Source: Haliotis rufescens
Lineage: Eukaryota
Assembly (NCBI RefSeq): GCF_023055435.1
Contig: NW_025963891.1
Coordinates: 10,292,001 to 10,356,000, forward strand
Length of the DNA stretch: 64,000 bases
Direction of reading: 5' to 3'
Shown here: positions 1 to 11,399 of the stretch, piece by piece
How the letters are laid out: each line of letters begins with the position of its first letter
Position numbering within the stretch: the first letter of the stretch is position 1
Translations under genes and position numbers: made by a program
The notes under the pieces: generated by a model
What the model was told of the DNA's origin: nothing
The model's database searches: none
The model's input: the letters and a program-made list of their open reading frames with translations, nothing else

Positions 1-55
1 AGTTCTGTGGAAAGCTGCTGATACGGTTGAGCTGGCGACATCACTTCCTGGACGG

Positions 56-202
56 GGGTTGGTGGTTAAAGCGTTGCCTCGTCCCACCTCAGACCCAGTT
101 TCAATTCCCCACATGGGTACATTGTGTGAAGCACATTTCGGTGTCCTCTGCCGTGATATTGCTGGAATATTGCTAAAAGCGGCGTAAAACCATATTCAAT
201 CT
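56..202 (+). mobile_element. tRNA-derived SINE, family A (degraded)
   Basis: Matches other family A copies (gtggttaaagcgtt...gccgtgatattgctggaatattgctaaaagcggcgtaaaacc); TSD cttcctggacgg at 44-55 and 203-214. Confidence 0.8.
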
Positions 203-224
203 CTTCCTGGACGGAGCTGGAGTA

Positions 225-463
225 CAGGGTGGTCCAGTCGTCTGAGACGCCGCAATTCGCTGTGCAGAGGTGCATCCCTGGACACGCCAGAAACCCATGA
301 TAAATGGTTAAAATCCTGGTTTGCCCCGATTAGGATTCTAGGCTGGTGGGGTTCAGCGTCGTGGTTTAAGCGTCTGAAAGCTGCATCACTTCGGTCTTAG
401 CTCTTATTTTAACTTTCACGCCGTGATATAACTGGAATAATGTTAAACCAAACTCACTCACTC
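225..463 (+). mobile_element. tRNA-derived SINE, family B (degraded)
   Basis: Head gggtggtccagtcgtctgagacgccgc and tail gccgtgatataactggaata...actcactc, as in the intact copy at 40004-40284. Confidence 0.75.
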
Positions 464-621
464 CAAAACGGAGCTATAACAATGAATGGGAAAAAGCGAT
501 ATAATAAACTGGAAACATGACAAAACAACACGATTCTCGGGATCCACTGACCTTCAACACGGGCTGATAAGGATTTCATAGACGCAAGACATTGTGTGAT
601 CCTGTGTTACATACATACACA

Positions 622-1815
622 ATGTTCAGCTTGATAATCCTTGGTCTGTGCCTTGTAAACACCTTTGGTCAAAGAGTTGGTCATTCATCACTGGTGTACC
701 AATGGACATCATTAGAGTATGACTGGCCGAGTGACCGTGTGAAACAGGAGTTTATCAAGAATGGCAGTTTTGTGCTCGAAAATAACCTCATCGCCGGCGT
801 GAAGGTGTACAACGGTAGCGTGTACGTCACAGTTCCTAGATGGAAGAAAGGTGTGGCTTCTACTCTGAATGTCGTCACTGAGAAACACGGGAAACACATC
901 CTCAGACCCTTCCCCAGCTGGTCCATGCAGACTGTAGGTGACTGCACCGCCATCCAGTACTCCCAGAGCATGGAGATAGACCCCTTGACGGGATGGATGT
1001 GGATCATTGACACTGGAATTGGAAGAATTGCTGATGCCGGAGAGACGATCTGCCCTCCTAAACTTATCATCTACGACATCAACCGTAGACGTGTAGTCCG
1101 CACCCATTACTTCCCTGATCATGTTGCAGCTAGGTCCTCCTTCCTGAACGACATCGTCCTCCAACGAGTGGCTGGTCAAGCTGCCCTTGCGTACATCAGT
1201 GATGCTAGACAAGCACGTATAGTGACCTACGACTTCCGGTCTGACAAATCGTTCAGTTTTGCTGACAGCAGTATGTCAGCAGAATCTCCACCAACTTCTA
1301 TTGTTCATATCGACAACAAGTCCTACCCACAGACAGTTCCTGTAGACGGTATTGCCATGTCATCTGACTTCAGGTACGTGTATTACTCAGCTTTAGCAGG
1401 TACGAGCTTGTACCGAATACCCACAACCGTTCTCTCTGACCCTAAAGGCTCGTTCCAGCAATCTGTTCACAAAGTCGGTGTTAAACAATCTCAGTCTGAT
1501 GGTATGGCATTTGGGAAGAAGTTCATGTATTATAGTGCGCTTAGTTCAAACGGTGTGTACCAATGGAATTTCATGAAGGATCAGAACATGGCGGGGGGAC
1601 CGGATGACATAACTTTGACCTCTCAGGTTATGGTTGCTCATGATGACCAGCGGATGAAATGGGTCGACACCTTTGGTTTCGACAATGAAGGTTCACTCTG
1701 GTTCACAGCGAATAATCTTGGAAGCTTCTTTGCTCAAACGATGAACTTCTCCAATCCTAACATGTTCATATGGAAACTATATTTGGACGACAATGGGTAC
1801 CTTGGAACCAATTGA
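622..1815 (+). CDS. Yellow/MRJP-family secreted protein, paralog 1 (divergent; intronless CDS)
   Basis: 397 aa from ATG 622. Signal peptide MFSLIILGLCLVNTFG; family motifs YVTVPRW..GV.STL, LRPFPSW, DC.AIQ, WIIDTG, CPPKL.IYD, FLND, AYISD, DGIA, WVDT. AATAAA at 1870. Confidence 0.93.
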   Translation: MFSLIILGLCLVNTFGQRVGHSSLVYQWTSLEYDWPSDRVKQEFIKNGSFVLENNLIAGVKVYNGSVYVTVPRWKKGVASTLNVVTEKHGKHILRPFPSWSMQTVGDCTAIQYSQSMEIDPLTGWMWIIDTGIGRIADAGETICPPKLIIYDINRRRVVRTHYFPDHVAARSSFLNDIVLQRVAGQAALAYISDARQARIVTYDFRSDKSFSFADSSMSAESPPTSIVHIDNKSYPQTVPVDGIAMSSDFRYVYYSALAGTSLYRIPTTVLSDPKGSFQQSVHKVGVKQSQSDGMAFGKKFMYYSALSSNGVYQWNFMKDQNMAGGPDDITLTSQVMVAHDDQRMKWVDTFGFDNEGSLWFTANNLGSFFAQTMNFSNPNMFIWKLYLDDNGYLGTN

Positions 1816-2089
1816 AACTTTGTATTGAATACTTTTGCATGTACTATGTATCAATACAGACATCACTGCAATAAAAGTAGCCCCAAGGGACTCTTTTCTA
1901 TAATTATTTATGCAGTTCAATTTGGGTGCTTTAGATTATACGTGTAATATATAGTACAGCAATAGGCTTTCCCTGAACGTTTGTAGCTGAAAATAGGCAA
2001 ATGGAAGACGAGGGTGACAATCTCTTCAGTATCTCTGAGTTTATTTTCCCTTTCTTTATAGAGATTGAATTTGGTATGAGACCACTTTG

Positions 2090-2255
2090 AACAGTAGTTA
2101 AGTTACTTTACGGTGTGTCAGCTTAGGGTGGGAGGAATTCACGAAGTGATGCAGGTCGTAGAGGTTTATCACTTCGGTGGAACCAACGAATACGAATATC
2201 GTTCTGACAAACAGAGAATCGTAATCAGGGCAATTCTGGGATTCGAACCCACGAT
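2090..2255 (-). mobile_element. SINE family B fragment
   Basis: Contains tgtcagctta..gtgggagga...gaagtgatgcaggtc and gggattcgaaccc, the reverse complement of the family B body. Confidence 0.65.
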
Positions 2256-2699
2256 CGAGTTATAATTGAGGCTTCGTGTGTTTGTGATTAATTTGATCCA
2301 AGCAAACATCCACCCCTGTCTTTTTGTATGATGAGTTCATAGATACTTTTATCGTGATGTTTTTAGAATTCTAAATTTGAGGCAATCAACACCACACAGT
2401 GTTAGTCTCATACCCCTGGGGATAAAACAACATTTCGAAAATGGTACTGAAAATATACACAACGAAAAATGTTAAGCACCACATGTATGTTTTACAATAA
2501 TGGGTCAGTCGTACAAGCGTTGATGTTGAAACCCTGTTAACATGACCTGGGAAAAATTAATGTGGTTTGGAAGAAGACACTCCTGACAATAAGAAAACAT
2601 AAAAAGTTTATCCTGTTTTAAGATTTTAATCATAATTCTAACAAAAACTGTATTTGTGCAAAAACGTTAACCACAATAAGTATGGAGGTGCAGACTCAG

Positions 2700-3190
2700 G
2701 AACACAATTCCACATCACATGGATGATGAAAAATGTAATTTTCTGTCCAAAGATGACATTCTTGACACAAATAATCAATCGCGGGTAAACCCTCATTTGA
2801 CGTATTTTTGATCGTGGGAGATCCTGTACCGCATTGGTTTGCCCGTGTTTCGTACCAGACCAGTCTGCTTATTACGGTGTAATGATACCCTAGTTGACGT
2901 CCTATGCTTTTGAAGGTCATGCCTGTCATGCCATACGCCACCTGTGCACCTCTGATAACCTTCTTCGTGCCATGTTCACAGAATGCTTCAACAATGCAAG
3001 ACAGTAAGTTCTCACAATTGCGATGTTCAGATACTGCGTTTTGAAAAATGCATGGGTGGCATCCTGCACGTGCATGTCGTGCTGCGACGTGACGTCATAA
3101 TTGCCATTAGACTGTTCCACGGAACACTATTCTTAACTTATTCATCACGAAATTTACTGTTGTTGCGATTAGGGATAGTTCAGTGTTAAT
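2700..3190 (-). mobile_element. Tc1/mariner transposase 5' remnant
   Basis: Frameshifted HTH region MARRRLSEVHRW.../GMTFKSIGRQLGYHYTVISRLV starting at ATG 2973. Confidence 0.7.
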
Positions 3191-3330
3191 ATTTCCAGTG
3201 GTGCTTAACTTATTTCTTTGTGTATAGTTTATTTCAGAATAACAATCAGCAGCTAATAGATAAGATATGGGCTCACAGCAGATGGCACCAACCCAGTCTG
3301 CGAGTGTGACCAACCAAGACAGTCCAGCAT

Positions 3331-4530
3331 ATGACCGTGAGCATGTGTGCATTAAAAATCCTCCTGATCGCACTTCTTGGAAACAGGTTGGTGGATTCCG
3401 CCATTGTGTATAAGTGGCATGCTGTAGACTATGAATGGCCAAACACTTCAGTCAAACAGGAATTCATCAAAAATGGAAGTTTCATCATCACAAATAATCT
3501 AATCTCAGGCATTAAGATTTACAATGAAAGTGTGTACGTGACGGTTCCTCGATGGAGGAAAGGAGTTCCGTCTACTCTCAATGTAGTAGTGGAGAAGGAT
3601 GGGGAGGCAATCCTTAGACCCTTCCCCAGTTGGTCCATGCAGACAGTGGGTGACTGCTCAGCTATCCAGTACTCTCAGAGTCTTGAGATTGATCCTTCAA
3701 CTGGATGGATGTGGATTATTGACACTGGCTTACACTCAATCGCCGACCCGGGGCAGTTCATATGTCCCCCTAAGCTAGTTATCTACGATATAAACACGGA
3801 CAAGGTTATTCGAGTTCATCATTTTCCTGAAGTCGTCGTGCCAAAGATGCTGACGTTCCTGAATGACATCGTGGTTCATAAAATTTCAGGAAAACCTGCT
3901 TATGCTTACATCACGGATGCAGGAACAGCCAGACTAGTTGTTTATGATTTCCTAAAGGACAAATCGTATGCATTTGCACACAAGAGCATGGCAGCCGAGA
4001 GTGGTCCACCGAGTATGATCGACTTTGACCACACGCAGTTTAAGACAGATATTCCGATAGATGGCATTGCTCTTTCTCCCGACACACGGTATCTTTACTA
4101 TTGTTCCTTGGCATCAATGAAACTTTACCGTGTTCCCACATCAGTGCTTGCACAAGAAAATGGCGACATCAGCAGATCTGTGAAAGACCTTGGAAGCAAA
4201 GTTTCCCAGACGGGAGGCATGATATCTGGAAATAAAAGTTTGTTTTACGGAGCGTTGGGTTTGAATGCTGTCTTTAATTGGGACTTCACCAAGGACATGG
4301 CCATGGCAGCATCTGTTGACGACGTTACCCTGACAACACAGACTGTGGTGGCAAAGGATGACTTGAACATGCAATGGGTTGACAGCTTTGCTTTCGACAC
4401 TAATGGTTACCTCTGGTTTACAGTAAACAAACTGCCAAGCTTCCTTCAGAATACAATGGATTTTAATGCCACGGCGCCCTTCAATATGTTCATTTGGAAG
4501 ATTTATGTTGATGAAAAGAGTTATTTATAA
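3331..4530 (+). CDS. Yellow/MRJP-family secreted protein, paralog 2 (intronless CDS)
   Basis: 399-aa ORF (alternative ATG 3343), hydrophobic signal peptide, full set of Yellow/MRJP motifs; about 92% identical to paralog 3 by manual count. Confidence 0.93.
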   Translation: MTVSMCALKILLIALLGNRLVDSAIVYKWHAVDYEWPNTSVKQEFIKNGSFIITNNLISGIKIYNESVYVTVPRWRKGVPSTLNVVVEKDGEAILRPFPSWSMQTVGDCSAIQYSQSLEIDPSTGWMWIIDTGLHSIADPGQFICPPKLVIYDINTDKVIRVHHFPEVVVPKMLTFLNDIVVHKISGKPAYAYITDAGTARLVVYDFLKDKSYAFAHKSMAAESGPPSMIDFDHTQFKTDIPIDGIALSPDTRYLYYCSLASMKLYRVPTSVLAQENGDISRSVKDLGSKVSQTGGMISGNKSLFYGALGLNAVFNWDFTKDMAMAASVDDVTLTTQTVVAKDDLNMQWVDSFAFDTNGYLWFTVNKLPSFLQNTMDFNATAPFNMFIWKIYVDEKSYL

Positions 4531-6409
4531 ACCATTCGACATCAAACTGACGACAAGATGGTTCGTTTTACCCCAAACCCTACCATCAAAGTGAGAAGAA
4601 ATAGGGGTGACTATGGTATATACATGAAAGGAAAACGAATATGAAACTATTCCTATACAGTTTGTTTTAACTGAACTTCTCGCATCTACATGAATGTCAC
4701 CAGAAGACCACGTGCACCATTTGAAGTACTGGGCAGTAACATGATGTACATTGCACCTGCAGGTTTATGAACACACTTATAGCTCTTTAAAGATATTTCT
4801 TATAATGTCAAATTTGAATCCAGTTAGAATATACTGTTTCTGCTTCATATAAAAAAACCCACTTGATTTGTAAATTATGAAAATTTGTTTTAATTATTCA
4901 TCAATGTCGGGGGGGCCGGCTTGTAGTTAGCTGTTCCTCACTTTGAAGATTTCAGAGAACCTTATTCCACTAAGTGTACAGAAGATTTTCAATGCTAAGT
5001 CTATTTTACCAAAGACTTCCTTAAAATGTGGAAACGTTCATCCTGCATGTTTTGCGAATATAATAAGAGAGGCCTTTCCTGCAGAATCAGACACACACAA
5101 GCGTTTCAAGTATGCAAGACCATGAACAGAGTATGTGAATTTATGTACACTGAAACTGAGCCAAATATACACCTCGTCAAAAGTATCGTACCACCACCAT
5201 TTTTTGATAATCAGGTAAGATATGTAGCATATCTTTTGCATATAAATGAAATGTTCATGAAACTGTTTGGGAAAAGTTCTATGGTGACCAGAATCGGAAC
5301 AATTTTAGCTATTTCCTCATTGAAACAACTGATAATGAAAGTAAAATATAACATTATACAAATTGTTTGAAGAAATTTTATTCATGACAACATGTTGTTT
5401 GCAACAAATGTTGCAATCTCCATCAACCACCACCGTTAGATTTTGGCAGGAGGGGATTTGAGAGTCCATCAGAAAACACTCCCCTTCGAACGTCCACGAA
5501 AACAATGTCCCAACTGAAGTGTTAGCTTATCAAACTTGATGAAATTCATTTCAGAACACGCACAATTAAGAAAATCATACATGAACCACTATTTCTGGGC
5601 AACTAATATCTAAGGTCTGTCACTATCTGGCTTTGGATCTATGAAATCTTGAAATTGACAGGTCACACCATGCAGATACAGAGATAGTACCTACCTCGTG
5701 TCAAAATATCCGGCTCGTCTGCAGGCTAAAAAGCGGCTGTTCAGACATACTCATTTCCATTGGTAATCACATTGTACCAGCAGGCTCGATCATTCCCAGT
5801 AAATCTACAGGTTAATGTTGAACCATATCATAGATCGGGGTTGTCATCTTGCTTCATTTAACTAGCAACGGAGAATGTAAGCACAAGATTGTCAGCCATT
5901 GACAGCTGCGAGGTGTGAGTAAACGTGATGTAGGGTCAAGTTCTGCCACATCCAAGGTCGGGGTGGAGAGGCATTTATTTTGATGTTAATGTTGTTTACT
6001 GGGGGTAATTGCTAACTAACTAATAACACTTACACATGTTAAATGTATAGGAGAATGTTAATTCAAAAAGTTTGTTGTAAAAGATATTCGTTTAGTATTT
6101 TAAAACCGTCAGTCCACAGTGTACAACAGTGTACAGAGAAGGTTGGTAGAAACTAAAACAGCTGTCTTTGGACTAATTTTGGAGTGTTATTTGTCAACTT
6201 CTTTTGAAAAACTATGTGTTTTGAACACTTATTTTGAACTACTCACGACTATGGTGTTTTTAATCTTGAACTTTGATAATAATTGTTACATATATAACTA
6301 CCTGTGCCCACTTTTCGCAATGTTCTATAATTGCGGACCTGTGTGCCTGTGTTGTTACGCGTTGCAAGAGAGCACCGTTTTCAAAGCATTGTTGCCGTCA
6401 TGGTAGAAT

Positions 6410-6574
6410 GGAGATAAACCTACTGTGATTTGAAATTTGATGTAGTCCCACTGAAGAGTAGATACCTCTTTATTGTAATTTGGAACCTCTTGCTAAGCGC
6501 TCGGTATCTACTAAAGAGGTATCTACTCTACAGTGGTACTACATCAAATTTCAAAACACAGTAGGTTTGTTTCC
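6410..6574. repeat. Long inverted repeat / foldback (MITE-like)
   Basis: Arms of about 55-60 bp: aaacctactgtgatttgaaatttgatgtagtcccactgaagagtagatacctcttta and taaagaggtatctactctacagtggtactacatcaaatttcaaaacacagtaggttt. Confidence 0.8.
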
Positions 6575-6594
6575 TAAATGATCACTAGTTTAAG

Positions 6595-7070
6595 TCAGTG
6601 TCTGGTGCATCCACCCCGTACACGGGTCACACCCACAAGACATCTCCTCATGCTCAACATCAGATGCCTGATCCTCAACTGAGGAAAGTGTTGCCATTCC
6701 TGATACAATACCTTGGTCCCTTGCTCACCCAACGTCCCAACTGATCGCATAGAGATGCTCGACTGGATTCGGGTCTTGGCTTCAGGAAGGCCACGGCAGA
6801 GGCCATGGATTGTTGTGGAGATGGTCAGTCACAGCTCGTGCTCGTGCTGGTTTGGGTCGGTCATTATCATCTATGAAGACAGGATGTGTGACAAGTGCAT
6901 GGTAATCAAAATGAGGCACAACAAAACCGTCCAATGTGTTATCTTGGTACCTTTGTCCACTAAATGTCCCAGAACTGTAACCAAATCAAGTTTACAATCA
7001 AAAGAGCAACATCCCCATACCATCACTGAGCCGCCACCACATGCACACGCCACTGTTTCCTGGATGTTGC
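6595..7070 (-). mobile_element. Tc1/mariner transposase 3' remnant (DDE region and C-terminus)
   Basis: GGGSVMVWGCCS motif and C-terminal SMRRCL...RGGCTRH* typical of Tc1 transposases; frameshifted. Confidence 0.75.
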
Positions 7071-7219
7071 ACTGATGATGAGATGTTCCTCTTTGCCTCC
7101 AGACATGAGTTCTTCTACCATCAGTGGTGTGAATCTGTCATCAAACACGAATTTCTCTAATGAGAACCCCCAGGTGCGCATACCTAACTATGTTTGTCTT
7201 AAGAGGCAAATAACGGTAT

Positions 7220-7335
7220 CAGGTGGTCATGATATCAATCACTGGATTGTATGGTCCAGACTCGATAATTTAGAGACCACCCTCATATAGCTGGAATATT
7301 GCTGAGTGCGGCATAAAACAACAAACAGACAAACA
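7220..7335 (+). mobile_element. SINE-like family C, 3' fragment
   Basis: caatcactggattgt..ggtccagactcgat...catatagctggaatattgctgagtgcggc...aacaaac. Confidence 0.7.
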
Positions 7336-8324
7336 GGCATACGGCTCACATACACGCACCCAGAAGTTTAGGCAGTTACGGTGGCTACCATTCTTCAAGC
7401 AGATGCACCTTGTGACAAATCTCTACATTGTAAATGAAACTTTATATTTGGTGATGCTATACTTTGACGAGGGTATATATTGCCCTTGCATGTTATCTGA
7501 TCAAATTGCATGGTCCTTTGTAAATGTTGTACGATGATAGTAAGTCATCGATTATTTTTAACAACGAATGGAGAATCTAGTTTCGTAACCAAGTTCTTTT
7601 GGTTTTTCTGGAGCCCTCTCATAGATAGACCCTTCAAAATGCAAGGACTACTTTGCGGCATATCCAGTCAATTCCCATTTCTTTTGTCCACTCTGACATC
7701 AGTGTATCAAAACTTTCTTCCTCAATAAATCGGCTTTTTCGTTTGGAGATTTGAAGAAATGAGCTTCCCTATTGAAACACAGTATCCCATTTCGCGTCAA
7801 AATACGCTGTGAAAGGAAAATCACTTCCTTGTCATGTACTTAAATTAATGCACTGTAAACAAAGGGAAATGGCGATGACGCTCCACTGTGACGTCACAGC
7901 TACCGCTTGGCCTGAAACTAGGATTACGATATACATACGAGCTGGTGGTGAGATCAGGGCAGTTGTTTGTTGCTTTGAAATAACATATCATGGTGTGTGT
8001 CTAAATGTGTACTTTGTATGACTATTTAACTTGTTTTAAAAAGTTTTGCCAATCCTCTGTGTCAATATTAATCTGTTATCTTTTGTATTCTTTAAAGATT
8101 TTTATCATGTTAAATAGCTACATAACTTTATCATGATGACGTTACAAGTTTGAGACGACAAGATGTTCGTTCTCATGCTCCTGGAGATAAGACAATGTTG
8201 CGACTGAAAATAGCTTATATCACTGCGCAACCCGCAACTGCTAGCTAAGGTGTGGACCCACAGCAAGTGGCACCAAACCAGACCATAAAGCTCACAACTG
8301 TGATCAACCAAGACTGTCCAGTTT

Positions 8325-9524
8325 ATGACTGTAAGCATGTCTGCATTTATAATCCTCCTGATCGCACATCTTGGAAACAGGTTGGTGGATTCCGCCATTG
8401 TGTATAAGTGGCATGCTGTAGACTATGAATGGCCAAACACTTCAGTCAAACAGGAATTCATCAAAAATGGAAGTTTCATCCTCACAAACAACATCATCGC
8501 AGGCATTAAGATTTACAATGAAAGTGTGTACGTGACGGTTCCTCGATGGAGGAAAGGAGTTCCGTCTACTCTCAATGTAGTAGTGGAGAAGGATGGGGAG
8601 GCAATCCTTAGACCCTTCCCCAGTTGGTCCATGCAGACAGTGGGTGACTGCTCAGCTATCCAGTACTCTCAGAGTCTTGAGATTGATCCTTCAACTGGAT
8701 GGATGTGGATTATTGACACTGGTTTACACTCAATCGCCGAACCGGGGCAGTTCATATGTCCCCCTAAGCTAGTTATCTACGATATAAACACGGACAAGGT
8801 TATTCGAGTTCATCATTTTCCTGAAACCGTCGCTCCAAAGATGCTGACGTTCCTGGACGACATCGTGGTTCATAAAATTTCAGGAAAACCTGCTTATGCT
8901 TACATCACGGATGCAGGAACAGCCAGACTAGTTGTTTATGATTTCCTAAAGGACAAATCGTACACATTTGCACACAAGAGCATGGCAGCCGAGAGTGGCC
9001 CAGCTGCCATAATCGATTTTGACCACACTCAATTTAAGACAGACATACCGATAGATGGCATTGGTCTTTCACCCGACTCCCGGTATCTTTACTATTGTTC
9101 CTTGGCATCAATGAAACTTTACCGTGTTCCCACGTCAGTGCTTGCACAAGAAAATGGCGACATCAGCAGATCTGTAAAAGACCTTGGAAGCAAAGTTTCC
9201 CAGACGGGAGGCATGATAGTTGGAAGTAAAAGTTTATTTTACGGGGCGTTGGGTTTGAATGCTGTCTACAAATGGGATTTCACCAAAGACATAGCCATGG
9301 CGGCATCTGTTGACGACGTTACCCTGACAACACAACCTCTAGTGGCAAAGGATGACTCGTACATGCAATGGGTTGACAGCTTAGCTTTGGACACCAATGG
9401 CTACCTCTGGTTTACAGTAAACAAACTGCCAAGTTTCCTTCAGAATACAATGGATTTTAATGTCACGGCGCCCTTTAATATGTTCATTTGGAAGATTTAT
9501 GTTGACGAAAGGAATTATTTATAA
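8325..9524 (+). CDS. Yellow/MRJP-family secreted protein, paralog 3 (intronless CDS)
   Basis: 399-aa ORF (alternative ATG 8337), signal peptide, Yellow/MRJP motifs; AATAAA at 9680. Confidence 0.93.
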   Translation: MTVSMSAFIILLIAHLGNRLVDSAIVYKWHAVDYEWPNTSVKQEFIKNGSFILTNNIIAGIKIYNESVYVTVPRWRKGVPSTLNVVVEKDGEAILRPFPSWSMQTVGDCSAIQYSQSLEIDPSTGWMWIIDTGLHSIAEPGQFICPPKLVIYDINTDKVIRVHHFPETVAPKMLTFLDDIVVHKISGKPAYAYITDAGTARLVVYDFLKDKSYTFAHKSMAAESGPAAIIDFDHTQFKTDIPIDGIGLSPDSRYLYYCSLASMKLYRVPTSVLAQENGDISRSVKDLGSKVSQTGGMIVGSKSLFYGALGLNAVYKWDFTKDIAMAASVDDVTLTTQPLVAKDDSYMQWVDSLALDTNGYLWFTVNKLPSFLQNTMDFNVTAPFNMFIWKIYVDERNYL

Positions 9525-9777
9525 ACCTTTCCGCATCAAACTGACATCAAGATGAATTCTTTTAACCCCAAACTATTCATGTGTTTTGGGACATATGACT
9601 CACAAACTTCAGTTAGTTTTCGCTTCGTAATATACATATGAACATTCTCTTCCCGATAGCACTGTTATAAAACCTATTTAATAAACTTAAAACATTGGCG
9701 ATACTTACTTATTCTGATTCATAAACGATACATCATTGTGAAGACTAAATAATTTTAATAATGAAATACTGAGGATT

Positions 9778-9875
9778 AGAGTTGGTCCAGTCGTCTAAGG
9801 CGCCGAAACTCGCTGTGCAGAGTGAGTAGGAATCCCGGTTCGCCTCGAGATGTTCTGGGATTCGAACTCACGATC
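9778..9875 (+). mobile_element. SINE family B 5' fragment
   Basis: tggtccagtcgtctaaggcgccgaaactcgctgtgcagag head; located at the end of the 3' flank shared with paralog 4. Confidence 0.65.
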
Positions 9876-10045
9876 GAATTTTAAACGAAGTTTATTCTAT
9901 TTGGGATTGAACAGATCCTAGCAAATTATGGTGCCTTGAAATTCAGTATTAATCTGAGTTGAATTTGTTGTATGCAACTAAACCATTTAAAGGTGATGTA
10001 CTTTATAAATCATCTTCCCGAGGCAAGGGAGTTAACTGACTATAA

Positions 10046-10478
10046 AAGTCCAGTTTCCACCATTGCCGAACTAGGATGGAACTATGGAGTTATATTTTGG
10101 CTGGACTAATGAGTATATGCATAGTCCAATCAAAATCGCGTAACGAATTCGACATTCCGGTTCGTAAACTACCGTGCAGATTTCGGTCAATTGCAGGATT
10201 TGCAAAGCATTTATACTGACAACTTAGCGTCAACAGATATTTTCCAAATCTTTTCATGTTGTCTTTTCAATCCAGGGGCTCAAGTCATTTGATGCACTTC
10301 GCGAAGAAAAACCCGTTTTAGTACAATGTAGAGCTTGATTATCGATGAAATCGTTTTCACTGGGCGACGCCATATCATTTGAAGCATATGAGAGGTGGAA
10401 TCTGATATAGCCACTGGTGGCGCTACGATCGAAACCAGAAATTCAAGCCTTGTTCGGCAAGGGTGGAAACTAGACCTT
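10046..10478. mobile_element. MITE-like element with ~30-bp imperfect TIRs
   Basis: aagtccagtttccaccattgccgaactagg (10046-10075) is the near reverse complement of ccttgttcggcaagggtggaaactagacctt (10448-10478). Confidence 0.65.
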
Positions 10479-10614
10479 ACAGGAAGATAGTTAATACTGT
10501 CGTTTAAACAGTTGTAGTGTTATGTACTTTATTGATCAATAGAGGGATATTAGTGGCTGGCACTTTGCTTGAAAAATGCACTCTACAAGTCTTGTTCAGA
10601 ACATCCATCATTCT

Positions 10615-10796
10615 NNNNNNNNNNNNNNNNNNNNNNNNNNNNNNNNNNNNNNNNNNNNNNNNNNNNNNNNNNNNNNNNNNNNNNNNNNNNNNNNNNNNNN
10701 NNNNNNNNNNNNNNNNNNNNNNNNNNNNNNNNNNNNNNNNNNNNNNNNNNNNNNNNNNNNNNNNNNNNNNNNNNNNNNNNNNNNNNNNNNNNNNNN
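10615..10796. other. Assembly gap (N run)
   Basis: Run of n. Confidence 1.
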
Positions 10797-10849
10797 AATC
10801 TATGGCTAACACATTTTCATTTATATCAGTTATCCTGTTTCTTTATAAA

Positions 10850-11180
10850 CTGACGTCCAAAAGAAACTTTACCAACTGAAAATATATATTTCAGACAAAG
10901 CATACATTTTTTTCGATGAAGTCTATCTAAAACACATAACCTAAATACAACAATAGTTTATGCAGAAAATGTTAATCGTCTGTTACATGTTTGCGAGATA
11001 ACACGCGAAAAAGTGAAAAACACGTGCACCACGGACAACTGCAAATGCACGTGCGGGTAAGGGTATAAAACGATTGCAACGGCTAGTCAGACATCCACAG
11101 TGATAAAAAAAGCACAAAAGAAATGCCACGACTCACAGTCGAACAACGTGAACGAGCCTTGGGTATGGTACAGATGGGAA
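10850..11180 (+). mobile_element. Tc1/mariner 5' remnant with promoter and transposase start
   Basis: tgcacgtgc (11046), TATAAAA (11064), then ATG 11123 reading MPRLTVEQRERALGMVQMG, a typical Tc1 N-terminus. Confidence 0.65.
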
Positions 11181-11399
11181 AAGTTCTGAAACCTTGAATA
11201 ATTATCTGCAGGAGATTTCCGAAGAACATGTGTAACTGGACAGAACATATTTCATAAATTAGAAAGTGAAAAGATAAATTGTGCTGTTGTGTAAAATAGT
11301 GAAAGTGACAACACTATATCCCTTAACAGCTGTTATTTATATTTTGAGAATTATTAAATCTTTAGTTTGTAGAGTGTATTAAATTTGAATAAAAGTAGC

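Noticed and set aside
592-621. ORF-track non-ATG starts for yellow paralogs 1 and 4 and for SLC5
   Set aside because: Eukaryotic genes; the first in-frame ATGs (622, 13727, 62031) give proper N-termini.
681-1212. Antisense ORFs overlapping yellow and PKD2 exons
   Set aside because: Shadows of real coding sequence with no recognisable motifs.
2700-7070. One Tc1 element capturing yellow paralog 2
   Set aside because: The two transposase fragments are in the wrong order for a single minus-strand element, and no enclosing TIRs were seen.
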